This document shows positions 1-12,651 of a stretch of 64,000 nt of DNA, piece after piece. Location: positions 138,880,001 to 138,944,000 of the forward strand of contig NC_042998.1 in NCBI RefSeq assembly GCF_006345805.1, in the 5' to 3' direction. Made by a program: the position numbers and the translations under genes. The notes below the pieces were generated by a model. It had not been told where the DNA came from and did not search any database. It saw only the letters and a list, made by a program, of their open reading frames with translations. The DNA comes from Octopus sinensis (taxonomy: Eukaryota). How positions within the stretch are numbered: the first letter of the stretch is position 1; each line of letters starts with the position of its first letter.

Positions 1-900
1 CGATATCAAAGAATGGGAAACAGCAGCCTGGCTGATTGTATACTCGCAGCACAAAGGCAGCTGGAGATTCTTGGCAAACCGACACCTTGAACACAGGTTG
101 AACAGGCACCTGGCTGGTGGTTGATGAACATAGGTCATTTATATAGACGTGTGACATACATATTTCTTCACAGTACCAAATAATGTAAGGGAAACGGAAA
201 AAGTAACATCTAATTTTCGAAATTATAAGGCAAAGCTATTTCTAACAGAATAATCAGAGGGTAGGAGAAAATCATTTGCAGAATTTCTTCTGGTTTTTCA
301 CATTCTGAGTTCAAATTCTACCCAACTCAGAATGTAAAGAGCTGAAATAAATGCCGCTAAGCATTTCGTTTGACGTGCTAACGATTCTGCTAGTTCGCCG
401 CTTTATAGGGTAGTTACACAACGAAGATTTACGTAAAGAATGAAGCGGCAAAGTACAAAGTCGTTTGCATAGATGACAGCTGTCAAGTCGTGCACGTGTA
501 TGACCATCACTGGCAAGTTATTTTATCCTAGATGTTTAAGACAATGGTTGTCAACAATGCCCATGCTGAAATCTAAAGTCAGTAACAGTCGATGCAATAC
601 CACTATGACCTTCATCCACAAAGCAAAGTAATCCAGAAACGAGCAAAAGCAAAATCTCTGGCTTCGCAATGAGGTGGGTGTCATTTCAGAATTTCTTTCT
701 TCTAGAGAGATGTTTAAACAGAGATGTCTCTCACACCCAGCTGTTGGAAAACCGTTGACTCTACTGAGTTCATCAGTCTTTGACAGGGTTTGTTTTTCGT
801 CCTGCATGGAGTTCAACGAAAATTACCAAGTATGTTTGGTAGAGTTGCCGGCATCGTCAATGATGGTCCGACCATGGTCGGGCCATCGTTGACTATGAAT
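1..900 (+). mobile_element. Highly degenerate R4/Dong-like LINE 3' fragment
   Basis: Broken frames resemble the C-terminal motifs of the better preserved copies in this window (DIKEWETAAWLIVYSQ vs DLKGPTEALVYSTQ; MPMLKSKV..FIH vs CPxLAKxEY..HW). Many stops. Confidence 0.3.
290..405 (-). mobile_element. CORE-type SINE heads, two partial copies in opposite orientation
   Basis: ACATTCTGAGTTCAAATT followed by the inverted AACTCAGAATGT...GCTAACGATTCTGCTAGTTCGCC, matching the SINE head at 9071. Confidence 0.6.
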
Positions 901-1915
901 AAATTTGGAAGGCACAAAAACTATGAGTAAGAAGCACACTCCTTTCAGAAGGTGGAAGATGAAAATCCAGCATACACTGATTGATGTATACAAGCAAAAA
1001 CTATAACGGGAAATTTAAAAAATGAAAAAATTATACTGTTCAGGAAAAGCGTCTAAAGTTAACATTGTGAGGTTATATTCCTTACTGTCGAACGAATGAT
1101 AAATTATATTTGGGGTAGGAAATCGTAAGACTCCGAATAGCAAATAGGTCATCATTACCTTGGATTTAATCGAAACCGAGCTGTCCTCTGAAGAAAGCAT
1201 ATGCAATACAATATAGTTAATATGCTGCATTTAATGCGATTTTTATTAAAGACAGAATGGAGTAAACAGAACAGGAGGAGACACTTATGATGGAGAGCCA
1301 CTGAGGAGGTCACAGGATGTATGATGAAAGATTTCCAGACAAAAGACACAAAACAGAAGCAATAATAAATCTGAAGTGAAGAACGAATATATAGTGCGTG
1401 TGTTTATTTGGCAAAAAAGAAAATGATCATCCCGAAATATAACAATAGCTGTTTCAACATCCGATTTCTCATCAGGAATCTTGCAAAACAAATACATGAA
1501 ATTTTATTTTATCTATCATCCTTCTATATTGTTCCGAATTGATAATGTTGAAATTTTTTGTTTTATGTTTTCCATATTTATTCTATCATAATCAACACCT
1601 ACAAGTTGATATAGGAGGTCTGAGCTCTTTGCTCAACTTCGATGTTTATCTTTTCGTGGTGGTGGTGGTGGTTGTGGTGTGGGTGCTTATTACTTTGGTT
1701 ATCTGTGACGAATCACAAATAACACTCAAACTTTTAATGGAATGTTTTGATTGGTGTAAAATGGTAAACGTCTTGAAGTACAAAACATCGACAAAAACAT
1801 AAATGTAGCACCTGAAGAAATATCTACATTGTAATGAGGATCAAAACTTCATATTCAGAGATGTTAAAAACAATTTTAAATTATATCTTATGAATATGAA
1901 AAATTCCTAACTAAT

Positions 1916-2345
1916 AGGCGCAGGAGTGGCTGTGTGGTAAGTAGCTTGCTTACCAGCCACATGGTTCCGGGTTCAGTCCTATTGCGTGGCACCTTGGGCA
2001 AGTGTCTTCTACTATAGCCTCGGGCCGACCAAAGCCTTGTGAGTGGATTTGGTAGACGGAAACTGAAAGAAGCCCGTCGTATATATGTATATATATATAT
2101 GTGTGTATGTGTGTGCGTGTATGTTTGTGTGTCTGTGTTTGTCCCCCTAGCATTGCTTGACAACCGATGCTGGTGTGTTTATGTCCCCGTCACTTAGCGG
2201 TTCGGCAAAAGAGACCAATAGAATAAGTACTGGGCTTACAAAGAATAAGTCCCGGGGTCGAGTCGCTCGATTAATAAAAAGGCGGTGCTCCAGCATGGCC
2301 GCAGTCAAATGACTAAAACAAATAAAAGAGTAAAGAGTAAAAGAG
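1916..2345 (+). mobile_element. Octopus tRNA-derived SINE (OR/OK-type family)
   Basis: tRNA-like head with A/B boxes (TGGCTGTGTGG, GGTTCAGTCC), body GCCTCGGGCCGACCAAAGCCTTGTGAGTGG, internal TG tract, tail CCAGCATGGCCGCAGTC; many copies in the window. Confidence 0.85.
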
Positions 2346-2399
2346 TAATGAACGTAGGATGCCGAAACATAAGTTGTATTGCATAAATAAAGCCTTTGA

Positions 2400-2800
2400 A
2401 TTCCCATCTGTGAGCTGAGTTTAACCCTTGGCGTGGTGAGAGCCACTGATGAGCAGCAAAATGTGATATCATTGATGATCTGGCTATGTCCGCTGCTGTA
2501 GGGAGCTTGCCTTCCTTGTCAGTCATTAAGATAGTGCTTCTCGAGTCTATTGAGTTGTTTGGTCTCTTATTTCTAGCAATACTTGTTCTTTGTCATTTTA
2601 CTCCTTGGATGGATGATAATATTTACACAATAGCTCGCCAATGTACTATGAGTGTAAAAACGTGTCGAAACAACCGTTGTGATTTGTATAAACTCTATGT
2701 ACTGTAAAATTCCTGTGGAATATTCAGTAGCAAGAGGCTTTCTCTGTATGATGACATCATGTAGTCAATGACAATTGTGGACGAGTTCTGCATAGCATAC
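2400..2800 (-). mobile_element. Degenerate R4/Dong-like LINE fragment (zinc knuckle/REL region)
   Basis: Remnants HN..VHW..CKYY and ..DKEGK..DIA; a related stretch lies in the opposite orientation at about 3990-4090. Confidence 0.3.
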
Positions 2801-2827
2801 TACAAATTTTTTAACTGAATCTTATTT

Positions 2828-2832
<5 letters not shown>

Positions 2833-2895
<63 letters not shown>

Positions 2896-2897
2896 CA
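2833..2897. repeat. (CA)n microsatellite
   Basis: Direct reading. Confidence 0.95.
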
Positions 2898-2909
2898 AAT
2901 ATATATATA

Positions 2910-3520
2910 CCGTAAATCCTCGAGTATAGTCCGTCCTTCAGTTTATCAGATTTTCGTTGAAATCAACCGCTGATTTCATAAACAGTAAATGTGAAAATTA
3001 TAAATAACATGTGTGGCTTATTCGCAATTTTAGAACCTATGCAGGGGATTTTTAGGGGGCTGTACCTCTGAAAACCTAAACCTTGTGTATAATACGCACC
3101 CCTTCTCTAACTTGAGTTAAGGAGGTCTGTATAACGTCCTTGGTTTATAAAAATGTATACGCTAACATCCTTTATTATTATTGTATATATAACATAATGC
3201 AAGCGTGCAGCTTTTTTGAGCATTTTGTTTGCAGAAAATAAACAAATTACAGTAGTAACAGTAATAACGTTAAATAAATGTTGCTTACTGCAAGTTATGG
3301 ATGATCCTTTTATGACTTCATTGCTTTGAGGCTTAGCTTAAGGTATTTTCGCGCCCGACATCACAAAATGCGTCTGAATACACATAGCCAGACAGCAAAT
3401 AGAGACTCGGACATTGCTTAGAAAATAATTTTCATTCCTAACCTTATATATAGTACGCACTAGGGATTTAGATCTTTAAATTTTAGGAAAGAATTGCAGA
3501 TTATACTCGAGGATTTACGG
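2910..3520. mobile_element. Tc1/mariner-superfamily (Tc2/pogo-like) MITE
   Basis: Perfect 19-bp TIR CCGTAAATCCTCGAGTATA (2910-2928 / 3502-3520), TA on both flanks, no ORF. Confidence 0.9.
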
Positions 3521-3522
3521 TA

Positions 3523-3583
<61 letters not shown>

Positions 3584-3594
3584 TATATATATAC

Positions 3595-3935
3595 ACGTCT
3601 AGCACGGGTTGGACAGTTTGACCGGTGTCTGGGAAGCCAGGAGGCTGCACCAGGCTCCAGTCTGATCTGGCAGTGTTTCTACAGCTGGATGCCCTTCCTA
3701 ACGCCAACTACTTTGTGAGTGTAGTGGGTGCTTTTTTCGTGCCGCCGGCACAGGTGCCAGGGGAGCTGGAAGCGGCCACGATCGGTTGGTGCTTTTTACG
3801 TGCCACCGGCACAGAAGCCAGTCAAGGCGGCGCTGCCATTGGCCACGTTCGGATGGTGCTTTTTACGTGCTGAACGGAAGCAACAGAAAGTAACCACCAC
3901 ACTCTTACCCGCGCGTAGAGCGGATCACCTTAAGC
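3595..3935 (+). repeat. Interspersed repeat with LINE-tail-like motif GGATGCCCTTCCTAACGCCAAC and three internal GTGCTTTTTxCGTGC repeats
   Basis: Motif and internal tandem units seen directly; family assignment uncertain. Confidence 0.5.
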
Positions 3936-4592
3936 TAGTATATATATATACACATCACTAAAGTAACAAAAGGCATTAATCAGCTCTAGTATTGCTAGAA
4001 ATAAAACTGAAAACAACTCAATAGGCACGAAAAGAACTATCTTAATGGCTGACAGCAGCGGACATAGCAAGATCATCGATGATTTCGCAGTCTAAGGAAG
4101 CCAGAATTCTGTTGACAATAGCTTATATATATATATATCCTCTAAGTAACAACCCATCAGCCTAAACACGTAGGTTCGATTCCCAACCGTTCCCCTTATT
4201 TTATTGCCATATATGTCTTGTTTCTGTGTCCAAACAACGTTTAGAAAATCTTGTTTGTGTTTCGATAGCAACGCCGCTGAAAAGCTATATTCTGCATAGT
4301 TTTATGCTTATCAAATTTTTATATAAAACTTCTTATTTGTTTGTGTCACATTATTAAGTCATGCAAAAGAATAGAGATAACCTTTTCTTTGATTTTGTCA
4401 AAGACCTCTAGACCACGACGTCTGACTTGATGCCCCGGGACTTATAGACCATTAGAAACAGCACTGTGCCTCTACGATTGATGTATCACTTAGCTTCTTA
4501 GAGAAAGCAGACTTTTATTTCGGATGGGCTTGGAAATTGCAAATCTGTTTAGGCGATGTTCACTGATATAAACGTAATAGTAAATGTAATAC

Positions 4593-7133
4593 TGTTGTAG
4601 GTAATTAGTAATAATGGTACACCCCTCCCACGTGACGAATGGAATAACTCACAAAATTTTGTTGTGTGAATTTCACGAAAAACATCGTGAAAATTTATGG
4701 AAAATTTGCTGACCGGTTTGCTCGAGTTTCAAAAGCAGCAACAGCACCAACTGAAACAATATTACAGCAACAAATGCTGCAATTACTGTAGTCGTCAGGA
4801 AAGTCAGAAAAAGTGTTCTCGACAGACTGTGTCGCGAACTTCATGACAGAGTTCAGACGATGGAGTTACCGTCGAAGCATGCTACAGAAGATATGAGAAA
4901 ATCTTCGATAAAGAATGTAGAGATTGGGACGACGAGATGAAAACGCGCTTAATCTTGAGAAAACTGGTGGCAACAGTCATGAACGATACAGTGATTATGT
5001 ACTCTCATGAAAACCTTCGGACATAAACTTTAATGACACAATAGATATATTGTGTAAAATTTTTAGTGAAAATAGCTCATTGTTCAACACACGTTGGAAG
5101 TGTCTGAACATAGAGAAAAACAACGACGAGGAAATACATCCCATATGCTGGTAGAGTAAACAGGGAAGTTTAAGCTGGGGGACCAGTTATGTTCAAATGC
5201 TTGATTTTTACACAGGGACTCACTGCCGAAAAGGACGCAGAAGTTAGAACTAGAATTTTTGCAAAGCTGGAACAAAACCAGCAAGTGTCAGAAGAATGTG
5301 AAAGGATAGTCACAATTGAACGCAAAGATTGTTTCCAAGTAAAGCAAGCGCGAAATAGAACGGAGATAAAGTGCTTTCTAAAAAACACCACAAAAATCAG
5401 GAAATAAACCCGATTTGTATATGGAGGTATACACCTGAGAAAAAATTGTCCATTTAAAAAAGCGGAGTGCTTTCATGTGGAAATATAGGACATAAAGATG
5501 CACTGTAGAGCGAAAATGACAAAACGTCAGAACAAAGGAAAAAGAACAAATAGTATGCCATCGAAAGAAATTGGCAATATAACGATGAGGAAATTCGTGA
5601 AGACGAAAATCAGAAATACAAGTGTTAAAATGCAGTTGGACTCTGGTAGTGATATCACCATTATAAACGAAAAAATCTTGGAAATATGTCGGTAAGCCGA
5701 AATTAATTAAATCTAAAAAGGTAGCATATGGTGTTACGGGAAAAAAGATATATTTTCGGTGAATTCGTATGTAATGTAACATTTCGAGGTCAAACGAAAA
5801 AGACAAAGATATATGTATTAAAAAACTCACTTAATCTATTTGGCACAGAGAGGATGGAACTATTCAAAGTATGGAATATGCCAATAAATGTTTTGTGTGG
5901 AAATATAGTGGGTTCAGTCGAAGGTTCGAATGCGGCTGAGGGACTGAAACAAAGCTTGCAGTAAGACTGAGTGGAATACTGGTATGTAAGCCAAAACGAA
6001 ATGAAAAATTGCCCACGATAAAAAGTAAACATCGTTCAAAAGTAGATGTTCCGTGGTCGAGACTACACATCGATTTTGCTGTTCCTTTAAACGGATCATG
6101 CTACTCAGTGGTAGCTGATATTTTCTCGAAATGGCTAGATATTTGTAAGTGTAAGAACCCAACCTCCTCACTGTGATGAATTTTTTTTACACGAATTGTT
6201 TGTCAGATTTGGTATCCCAGATGTGATAGTGTCTGAGAACGAAACGCAATTTTGTGTCTTGTTGAATTTAAAAAGTTTGTGAAATGTTCGCGGTAGAACA
6301 TGTAACTACTGGGCCATAACATCCCAGATCTAACGGAGAGGAAGAACGCTTTGTCAACACTTTCAAGTGGGACCTAAGAAAGTTAAATAAGAAAGTCACA
6401 GATGAGGTAGCTCTACAACAATTCTTAAGAGTGTAGTGTGACACCAAATCTGAATATACTAGCAGGTAGCTCACTAGTGGAGCTGATGTTTGCAAGGAAA
6501 GTAAAATCAGTCTTTGATAAATTGCTTCCTGGCAAGAAAAGAAAAAGTGCCAGGGAAGACATAGCAAGATGTTTTAAAGTTGGTGAAAAGGTGTATATGA
6601 GGGTATACAAGAATGGAAAGCAGAGCTGGGAAGATGGCATAATTATTAAATGCATAGGTAAAATGATGTATTGGATAAAAAGTAGAAAAGACATACAAAA
6701 GAGACACAGAAACCAACTAAAAAAGAGATTCGTGAAAAGCGAACCAAAGAAGCTGGAGGAACCGATGGATTGGTTGTACGATACGTTCCAAGTACCAACA
6801 CCACTGCAGGTGATTGAACCCTGTCGTACACGTGAAAATAGATGCCAAGCGCAAAAATATTAAATTGTACGAAAAATGTCCAAGGGAGGTGGAGTGAATA
6901 AAAAAAATATAGTTAAATAAAATGACACTTCCTTAGAAAAACTTAAAAGGGGAGATCTTGTAGGGAATTAGTAATAATGGTGAACTCCTCCCACGTGACG
7001 AATGGAATAACCTAGTCACTATAAGTAAAGAGAAGTACGTGAAGTACCGGAGTATGTAGTAGGCAGTCAGAGATGATCGTGTTTTTTACTGGTTTTACAA
7101 AGTATACTGTACACCGAAGTGGGAGTTATAACA
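4593..7133 (+). mobile_element. Internally deleted Ty3/gypsy LTR retrotransposon (gag-PR-IN remnants, RT/RNaseH missing)
   Basis: Truncated 5' LTR 4593-~4648 matches 3' LTR 6956-7133; PPT AAAAGGGGAGA at ~6945-6955; flanks ATAC/ATCC (degenerate 4-bp TSD); gag remnants, Cys/His knuckle ~5448-5505, protease LDSGSD ~5636, integrase HIDF..FGIP..HPRSNG ~6060-6400; frameshifted. Confidence 0.9.
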
Positions 7134-7457
7134 ATCCAACATTTTAAGGATATACCAAGTACCGAAGATAAACCATAATATTGGGTCAATAGTAGTTTAA
7201 ATCTGGTCACTCAGCCTGCTAGAAATAATAGCCAAATTTTCCTCCCAAATTATGCCTTGGTAAAAAGAATATGTTAATAATGTGGTTCTGTACATGTTAT
7301 TTATGGAAAGAAAAAAAATTATGAGAAAGCAGCGGTTAGATTATCTTTGATCATTGGCCTCGTCAATAGAAGCTGACCCAGATATAAACAACATTTTATC
7401 GAAATGTATTTACCTTACTTTTTATTTTAATGATTTCACATTTTATTTTACCCCCAG

Positions 7458-7741
7458 AATCGAATGGAAGCAAATGTATCTGCCACTGCAACAAAACACC
7501 TATCATACCTTCGGAGACAGAAGAACAGCTTGAGAAACGTATGCAAGAAACGCGGAAAGAACTTACAGTTGAAAAGAAAGCAACTTCTCAATATTTAGCT
7601 ACGAAAATCAGTGCCCCAGATGAGCGCACATCCTCCCAGACTATGGGTGTTGTAGCAATTGTTATGCTGTCTGTAGTTGGTGGATTAATCGTCATTCCAG
7701 ACGTCTTATCTTTGATAAAAAACATTTCTGAACGCTTCTAG
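7458..7741 (+). CDS. Terminal coding exon of a single-pass membrane protein with mollusc-type CxCxC / coiled-coil / SAPDxRxSS / TM tail
   Basis: Pyrimidine-rich acceptor ttttattttacccccAG at 7457 (phase 1); ESNGSKCICHC...KELTVEKKATS..KISAPDERTSSQTMGVVAIVMLSVVGGLIVIPD..stop; upstream exons not identified. Confidence 0.8.
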
Positions 7742-8071
7742 GGTGTATTTTTTTTCAGTAGTATTTCCTTTTATGATGTAATAATTTTGCACTGAATAGC
7801 TACGAAGTAAAGACATGATTAGATACCAGCAATTATGTTCCTATCATGCATAAATATCCGTTAAATATTGTTAATATCGACTTGGATAAATCCATGCAAC
7901 CAAAATATGGATTTAATTAAATATTGGTTTAAGCTACAGCACATGCACGCACACACAAAAGTCGATACTTGCACAAATGTAAGTATATAATAGACTGCAC
8001 ACGTCTCGATAAGGAGTATTGATTGCATTAGTATTAAGACAAGAAAATCACAATAGTCTCTCTCTCCTTTC

Positions 8072-8104
<33 letters not shown>

Positions 8105-8499
8105 TCACACACTTTCCACATATATAGATATGTGAGCTTATGTGTGTGCGTATTCCATACATACATAGGTACATGTATATACACATACATATTCATCGTT
8201 ATATCTGTGTATATCTATTAATATTTATTATTTATCATATAGGTATATATGTGCATGTATACATATATCTATATATTTAAAACAAATGATGTGTGTGCGT
8301 GTGTGTGTGGGCCTGTGTTTGTGTCTGTGTGTGTAGTACGTATGCATTTCTACAGTTTTCAACCAATTTTCATCAAACTTTACACACACATTACCTATAT
8401 GCCAAAGATGGCCATGCACTTTAACATTTTGCCAAGAGCTCCACGGGTTTTTCTCTAAAAACTTCTGCAGTTTTCAACCGATTTTCTCCCTTTTCTCTC

Positions 8500-8909
8500 T
8501 CTGTGTCTCTCTCTGTGTTTATATATGTGTGTGTATATATATGTATATATGTGTATATATTTATACATATATATATATGTATCTATGTATATATATATGT
8601 ATGTGTATGTGTGTGTGCGTGTGTGTGTATGTGTGTCTATTTATGCATATATATACATATATGTATATGTATGTATGTATATGTATATGTATATATATAT
8701 ATGTATACATATATATGTGTATATATATGCATATATATATATGTGTGTTGTATATATATATGTATATATGTGTATATATCTATACATATATATATGTATC
8801 TATGTATATAATATATATATGTATGTGTATGTGTGCGTGCGTGTGTGTGTATGTGTGTGTATTTATGCATATATATACATATATACATATATGTATGTAT
8901 ATATATATG

Positions 8910-8941
<32 letters not shown>

Positions 8942-9065
8942 TATATATATGTATATATATGTATACATATATATGTATGTATATATATATATATGTATAT
9001 ATATGTATACATATATATGTGTATATATATGTATATATATATGTGTGTGTAGATATATGTATATA
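8500..9065. repeat. Compound TA/TG microsatellite with a ~210-bp tandem duplication
   Basis: Block ~8530-8720 recurs at ~8750-8940; source of spurious YI/CV ORFs. Confidence 0.85.
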
Positions 9066-9070
9066 TGTGT

Positions 9071-9279
9071 GGCGAGCTGGCAGAATCGTTAGCGTAGCCG
9101 TATTTCGTCTGCTGTTACGTTCTGAGTTCAAATTCCGCCGAGGTCGACTTTGCCTTTCATCCTTTCGAGGTCGATAAATTAAGTACCAGTTACGCACTGG
9201 GGTCGATGTAATCGACTTAATACCTATGTCTGTCCTTGTTTGTCCCCTCTATGTTTAGCCCCTTGTGGGTAATAAAGAA

Positions 9280-9282
<3 letters not shown>
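9071..9282 (+). mobile_element. CORE-type tRNA-derived SINE
   Basis: GGCGAGCTGGCAGAATCGTTAGC head, GAGTTCAAATTCC B box, GCCTTTCATCCTTTCGAGGTCGATAAATTAAGTACCAG core. Confidence 0.85.
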
Positions 9283-9325
<43 letters not shown>

Positions 9326-9330
<5 letters not shown>

Positions 9331-9590
9331 TAAAATTTGCCCTGTTTATAATTATACCATATGTTACATGTATATTATATCATATCTTGATACTGTGTGA
9401 ACTAAGAACCCCGCTGACAGACCGCTGGTATTTATAGAGTACTAAACACTTTCGGTATGCAATTTAGGGACTCCTAAATAGAGTAACTGCTTCATAGAGT
9501 AACTCTGGAGACAGTCAGAATGATGTAGACGCCTCTGATGAGAAACCATGAAGGTTCGAAAATCGATTAAGGTTGTTCATCATGTACTGG
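9326..9590 (+). mobile_element. Retrozyme-like monomer (same family as 57360-57720)
   Basis: Colinear with the reverse complement of 57397-57630 (TTTGCCCTGTTTATAATTATACCAT..GTGAACTAAGA..GGTATTTATAGAGT..CACTTTCGGTATG..TTAGGGACTC) and ends in the same HHR. Confidence 0.8.
9520..9583 (+). ncRNA. Type I hammerhead ribozyme
   Basis: CTGATGA 9535-9541, stem II closed by G9542-C9557, GAAA 9558-9561, palindromic stem III AATCGATT, UUA triplet (cut 9569/9570), stem I 9520-9534 with 9570-9583. Confidence 0.8.
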
Positions 9591-9705
9591 AAACATTATG
9601 AATTTTTGGTATTTCTGTATATAGAGGTAAAATAAACTAAATTTATGTATTGGCAGAAGATTTATTTCCTATTATTTATGCAGAACTAGTATTTCAGTCG
9701 TCAGT

Positions 9706-10820
9706 TTACTCTCCTTTAGCAGAATTAAGGGCTTGTACACGTCGAGGCATACCACGAACAAGTATTCTACACAAATCCTTGATTCTGTCCGAATGGAACC
9801 AAATTTGTATGAATTGCTCAATAAGGAGGCGTTTGGTTGTAATAGGGGATTGATATATTTCATCTTTCAACAGACACTGAATTGGATTCATGTCAGGTGA
9901 ATTTCCTGGCCATGGAAGTACGTTAACAGGATTTTCGGTGAACCATGTCTTTACCGATTTTGTGCCGAGTCCTGTTGGGATATCCAAGGCCTATCTCCAT
10001 ACCATTACCATGCTTGTGGTATTAGTCTACTTCTAAGCACCTCAATGTAGCTCTCTTGGCTCATAGAACCTTCAATTATTTTCAGGTGACTAGTTTCATG
10101 GGAAGAAATTGTCCCCCAAACCATAATTTTCTGTGGAAATTTTAGTGTTTTTCGAAGAAAATCCGAAAGAAATCCCTCACTTTGCACCCGATCTTCGAGC
10201 ACTGCTATGATGGATTCATCCGAAAACACCACCTGCAGCAATTGAAAACCATATTTGATTAATAGGACATCCAGAATAAGTTATTGTTTCAGTCTATCAC
10301 AATCATATTAAAAGCTATTTTTAAATAATCTTTTATAAAGCTGGTTTGATAACTGAAATTAATACTAACATCTTATTATATCAATAATATCATATTTTAT
10401 CATGGATACAATACATAAAGACTCAAATCCACTATTTTAGATAGTCTTACCTGCTCTCATTGCTCAGAAGTCCGTGCAATATGATTTTTAATCCATGTAT
10501 GTTTTTTTCTCCTTGAACAATATGCGTGTAATCCACCTTCCAAAAGTCTGTTGTCTTCGATGCACAGTGATGTTCTCATCCATTAATTCGCGGGAAATCA
10601 TACTACAAGATGCTTATCTATTATTGAGAGAAATTCTTTTTATTTTTCTATCAATTCTAGGGGTTGTTACTTGTTTTCTACCACAGTTACTAACAATTTT
10701 TTACCATCAAATTTGAGACATTTAGTTTCTTTACAATTTATCTCTGTTTAACTGAGATATCCCTCAAATACACTTCAATTTGTCCAATTTTATGGGGACT
10801 AAGATCGCTTTTCTACCCAT
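9706..10820 (-). mobile_element. Degenerate Tc1-like transposase gene with a 218-nt spliceosomal intron (10450-10233)
   Basis: ATG at 10820 (MGRK..DLS..), W..H..T.EQ*EQ|VVFSDES across GTAAGA...GCTGCAG, then KIMVWG and WPGNSPDMNPI; frameshifts and stops; TIRs not resolved. Confidence 0.85.
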
Positions 10821-11081
10821 CTCGGCCTTTAAGTGCACCTTACTACATGGATTTGTAACTAATACAACACAGAGTAACTAAAAAGTCATTAGACCACAAA
10901 CAAGCACCCTACACCAACTCGACTAAAACTGGAAGAAATGTTGGCTGCAGCAGCTGGGCCGCATGATACAATTTAGTGTTGTCAGACAACAGCTCATTAT
11001 TGCCACATATCACCAGAAACCTGTATGTGCCATAGTTAAAATCGAAGTCAGAGAATGTACAGTCGTAACTGTGTGAAAATT

Positions 11082-11137
<56 letters not shown>

Positions 11138-11282
11138 CATATATGTGTGTGTGTGTATACATATATATATATATATTATATATTATATCAATTATATATA
11201 TTATTTGTTATTTATGTATTGGTTTATGTCTATCACTGTTTGAGTTGCATAATAGTGGTTTTATCTCTAATTCATATATTAT

Positions 11283-11321
<39 letters not shown>

Positions 11322-12214
11322 CAGTCGTAACTGTGAAAATTATATATATATATATATATGTTTTCTCTCCCACCCTTCCCTATTCTTCTTCTCCCCTTCA
11401 CCGTTCCCTCTCTCTTACTCCTCCTCCTCCTCCTCCTCCTCCTCCTCGACTCTCTCGTCACTGACACGAGATCAGAGTGAAGTCATCTTTCCAACTGCTA
11501 TCTTCGCCAAGACCAGACCAGCTTATTCTGTCTCTTTTAAAGCTGTCTCCTTAAACGTTCAGAATAATTTTTCCATCGTCTTGGCTTAACAGCCCTCATC
11601 GTTTGTTTTTACTATTTTATTCTCATTGTTCTGTCTTTTACTGTTTTTACTATTGTTTTTACTGTCTTGTTTTGTTCTTACTGCCCTGTTCTTGTTACCA
11701 CTTTTACCCTCCGCAAAAAATCCCAAATTTTATTTAATTTGCTTTGCGGGAAGGACTGTTTCAACGAAGTCGCGTCTTGTCCTTACCTTCGAACGCGGAG
11801 CAGATGAAACAGGGACAACTGAAGAAGGGGTGTATTCCTTGTGTTGTACGTCTTGTACTCTGTTTTTTTCGTTGTTTGAAAAAAAGTTCGTTTCTATGTT
11901 TTTTTTTTATATTTTCGTTTCTCATTGTGTTCAATATTTTTTGATGACATGTACCCATATATACATGTACATATACATATATATGTAGGTATGTACATTT
12001 ATGTATGTATATATGCATATATTTATGTATTATTTATATTATTTTATATATATATATATATGTATGTATGTATTATGTATGTATGCATGTATGTATGTAT
12101 ATTATTACAAATTCGGGATTTTACTAATAGAACTGCGACTCCTATTTCAGAAAACCTAATAATAATACAAATATTACAGGCATTCCCCCCTCCCACACAG
12201 ACACACACTTTTTT

Positions 12215-12510
12215 ATTCTTTTACGTGTTTCAGTCATTTGACTGCGGCCATGCTGGAGTCCCACCTTTAGTCGAACAAATCAACCCCTAGGACTTACTCT
12301 TCGTAAGCCTAGTAATTACTCTATCGGTATCTTTTGCCGAACCGCTATGTTACAGAGACGTAAGCACACCAACATCGGTTGTCAAGCGATGTTGGGGTAC
12401 AAACTCAGAAACACACACACACACAAATATAAACATATATACAATAGGCTTCTCTCAGTTTCCGGTTACCAAATCCACTCACAAGTCTTTGGTTGGCCCG
12501 AGGCTATAGT
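12215..12510 (-). mobile_element. Octopus tRNA-derived SINE, 5'-truncated
   Basis: Reverse complement of the body and tail of 1916-2345. Confidence 0.8.
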
Positions 12511-12536
12511 ATGCACACACGCACACACACATTATA

Positions 12537-12573
<37 letters not shown>

Positions 12574-12594
12574 ATATATATATATATATAGATA

Positions 12595-12651
<57 letters not shown>

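Noticed and set aside
755-785. CTGATGA followed by an ACTC/GAGT hairpin on the minus strand
   Set aside because: No GAAA or stem III follows.
8503-9197. Long ORFs rich in Y/I/M/C/V (also 13082-13706, 24507-25008, 28283-28822, 33342-33821)
   Set aside because: Translations of stop-free microsatellites, not genes.
11058-11345. TACAGTCGTAACTGTG direct repeat near the Tc1 5' end
   Set aside because: Both copies have the same orientation with no inverted partner; likely a local duplication, not TIRs.
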